A stretch of DNA of 64,000 nucleotides. It comes from Plasmodiophora brassicae (taxonomy: Eukaryota). The notes beneath the pieces were generated by a model, which saw only the letters and a program-made list of their open reading frames with translations, was not told the DNA's origin and did not search any database. The DNA lies in the NCBI GenBank assembly GCA_036867785.1, contig CP145411.1, forward strand, positions 1,550,001 through 1,614,000. Reading direction: 5' to 3'. The position numbers were made by a program, and so were the translations under genes. Position 1 is the stretch's first letter; the number at the start of each line of letters is the position of its first letter. Below are positions 61,387-64,000 of this stretch, piece after piece.

Positions 61387-64000
61387 TCAATTTCTGGAGG
61401 TGGTGGATCCGTTCTGCTTCGTCCGGTAGTAGTTGTTGAAGTCGAGTCGGGTGCAGAGGTTCGTCATGTGCGAGTCATACTGGCCGGTGGCGCGCTCCAT
61501 CAGCTGCCCGATGAATTCGTTCAGCTTGTGGTCGAACCCGGACAGGTACTCGTCGATCTTGTTGCTGTACTCGGCATCCTGCCCAGCAGCCATTGCTTGC
61601 TTGGAGAGAATTGCCAGGCGCTCGCGGCGCCGCGCTCCAGTCAATCGGTCAATATCTCCGTTGGTGTCCAGAGAATCCCTATGACTGTAATAAGAAATCG
61701 CAATCATATAAAGCGCAACGTTGAGGTCACAGACCTTTGGGCGTCAAATGCAGCATGGAAGCGGTTCATGTGTTTCGCAAACAGCAAACAGGACGACAAG
61801 AGGGACGTCAAACTTTGTAACACATTGCGGTTCGTCAACAGACACTCCTTCAGACAGGTATCCAGGAAGGCATCGTGCGCTTCAAGAACCTGAAAGATAT
61901 GCCTTCAGCGGAGCCAAAGCGTTTACCGAAACGCGACTAACCTGATCAACGGTAGACACGTTCTGCTTCAATGCCGATTCCAATCGATGGTAGTTCGGTT
62001 CGAGTACTTCTACCGTCAGGTAGAACAAGAGGTTCTGAAGGAAGTGCATCATGCGCTGGCGAAGCACTAGGGACCTGGAGAACGTTGACGATAGGTCGAG
62101 TTCTCGCATTCTAAAACAGCGGTCAGAAGCCGGACGCGTTCAGCAACAACAACCACTGAACCTTTGCTGGTAGCGCCAAGTAATCCCGATCTGACGCTCG
62201 ACATGTTTGATGAAGAAGATGTGTCTGAATAACAACTCGTACTTGGTCATCGCCTTTTTCGACAATACGATCGAGATGGGCCACTGCACAGCATATTCCA
62301 GCGTAAACGCCTCGATACCAGTAAGCGGCGACCCGGTCGGGCGATGAAGTGTCTCAGACGAGTGCATCGTTCGAGAATACGCGTCATTAGCAACATTGTG
62401 GATCACATTCCTAAACGATAACGCAGGTTGGCTCATCTTCAACAGAAACGCAAGCAGGACACTCATACAGCTTCTCCAATAGTGCATGCTGCTCTAGACG
62501 ACAAGAGATCTCATCGTGACCAAAGTCATCGCCTGCCGTTGAGAGTGACAGCTCCAGCAATGACTGCAGACGAGCAAGTCTCTGAGCAGAGACGGGCCGG
62601 CTCAAATCTTCCTCCGCCGAATCTAAAAAGTGGACAAAGAAATCGCCCTGACCATGCAGGAAATACCGTTTGAGGCATCTGATCGATTCTTAATCAGAAA
62701 AGACAGGTCGAACACGTCGGATGAAAAAATGACCTCAAGCGCGGCAACAAGTTGTTCTGCTGCAACAGCACGTCCAGCAATGCAGAGCTCGCGTAGCCAA
62801 ATGCAGCATCGATGATGCTTCCATTACTAATAGAGCGACAAAGTCAGACCTGGGCTGGGCGGTGATTAACTGACGTATACAGAGCGGCGTCGAAGCCGAA
62901 GGACTGGTCGGCATCTTGTGACGAATCCCGACCAGCTTGCCCAAAGGAGCACTGCCGAAGCACGTTGAGGTATTTTCCCGTCAGTAGGATCTTGTTGGAG
63001 AACTGCTGGAGAAACGCTGGCACATGCTCGTTTCTCACAACGTATCGTTCGTCCTAGCAGACGCAGCCGAGTAAGTAGCTGGCCTGACTGGACTGCTGGC
63101 ATGGCGCCTTACCCAGTACGAGTCATTGAAGTCACGCTCGAGGTTATCCCGTGTTATGTCATCACGAACCTACAAAAACTATCAGATCTGAGCCCATAGC
63201 ACCATTACGTAGCCGAACCCGTATTTGGAATTCATCGTATGGATCCTGGACAATTCCAAACTCGATCCATTTCCGTAACAGGACGAAATAGGGCTCCGAA
63301 CAGTCTTTCAGGATTTGAAAGTACAGGGCACGCGAATTCTCATCACTACCAGAAATCGTAAGAAACGCATCCAGTCAATTTGAGCTAGATGCCATCTTTA
63401 CCCCTCTTTGCAGTACAGGTCGTAGAGTACTTGGATTAGCGAACCTCCGCAAGCACCGGCGGCTGCACTAACAAGAACATGCAATGCCGATATCGTTGCA
63501 ATAGAAGGCTGGAGCTGGAACCACAGCTGCTGGAGGGACAGGTCAGGAGAATCCAGCTGGGCGATCTTGACAACGTACATCTGTCCCGACACATAAGTGG
63601 ACGATCGGCCACATCCATCAACGGGAATTCAACCAACCTCAAGAACCGCCTCCATCGCGCCAGCAAGTGCCTGGCTGACAAGGCCATACTCGTATCGGGA
63701 GCGCAACTGCCAATAGCGCCGTACTGTGAGACAGGTCGAGTATAACTAGCCCGCCTGGAAGCAAACCTTTACGAAGTGCACGATTTCCAGATACTGGTTG
63801 CACACAGGGAAGCATCGCTCGACTTGGAACTGCATCGTAACGCAAACTTGCGTAGCAGAAAGTTTGAACCCAAGGTTCGGCGAGGACGATAAGCCGACCC
63901 ATTCTGATTCGAGGCCGAGTAATGCCGTAAGAAGCGCCCTGCAAAGAAGACGCTCCTAGCAAAAGTCAAGAACCTGCTGACCAGCCCGTGCATTATTAGT
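61387..64000 (-). CDS. TUBGCP2: Gamma-tubulin complex component 2 (Spc97), 5' part outside the window
   Basis: LSLQQLWFQLQP, DPYDEF, DSYW-DERY, KILLTGKYLNVLRQC, YAVQWPISIVLS, FLDTCLKECLLT, TRLDFNNYY. Confidence 0.9.

Noticed and set aside
1-64000. tRNA, rRNA, snRNA or telomeric repeats
   Set aside because: None recognisable by eye; tRNAscan-SE and Infernal would be needed to exclude small RNAs in intergenic gaps such as 3500..4280 and 53600..54240

Overview
Gene-dense, GC-rich eukaryotic DNA with many short (about 50-60 nt) GT-AG introns and about 30 tightly packed genes. It is not prokaryotic, and I found no rRNA, tRNA or CRISPR. Flagellar genes (SPAG17/PF6, CFAP99-like, p25alpha), a secreted SKP1/BTB-ankyrin protein and a 7TM receptor-like gene suggest a flagellated protist parasite such as a plasmodiophorid; this is inference only. 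Recognisable genes are ARMC1, an EML/HELP-WD40 protein, a SET methyltransferase, a DinB-family protein, a Neverland/DAF-36-type Rieske oxygenase, SDH4, CYFIP/Sra1, DNA ligase IV, SPAG17, a peroxisomal acyl-CoA oxidase-like enzyme, GPN3, a CBS protein and GCP2. The most striking observation is a CYFIP/Sra1 gene that splices in frame into about 300 aa of polyproline plus a WAVE-type WH2 and a C/FAB-like helix, with no acidic-Trp tail. Other notable items: a protein with three tandem F-BAR-like domains, an Rrn5-like SANT+histone-fold protein, a dually acylated triple-GST-fold protein, a 701-bp internally deleted hAT element with intact TIRs and 8-bp TSD, and three local pseudogene copies beside their parent genes. 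Gene models were spliced by eye, so internal boundaries of large genes are approximate, and family calls come from motif recognition, not database searches.
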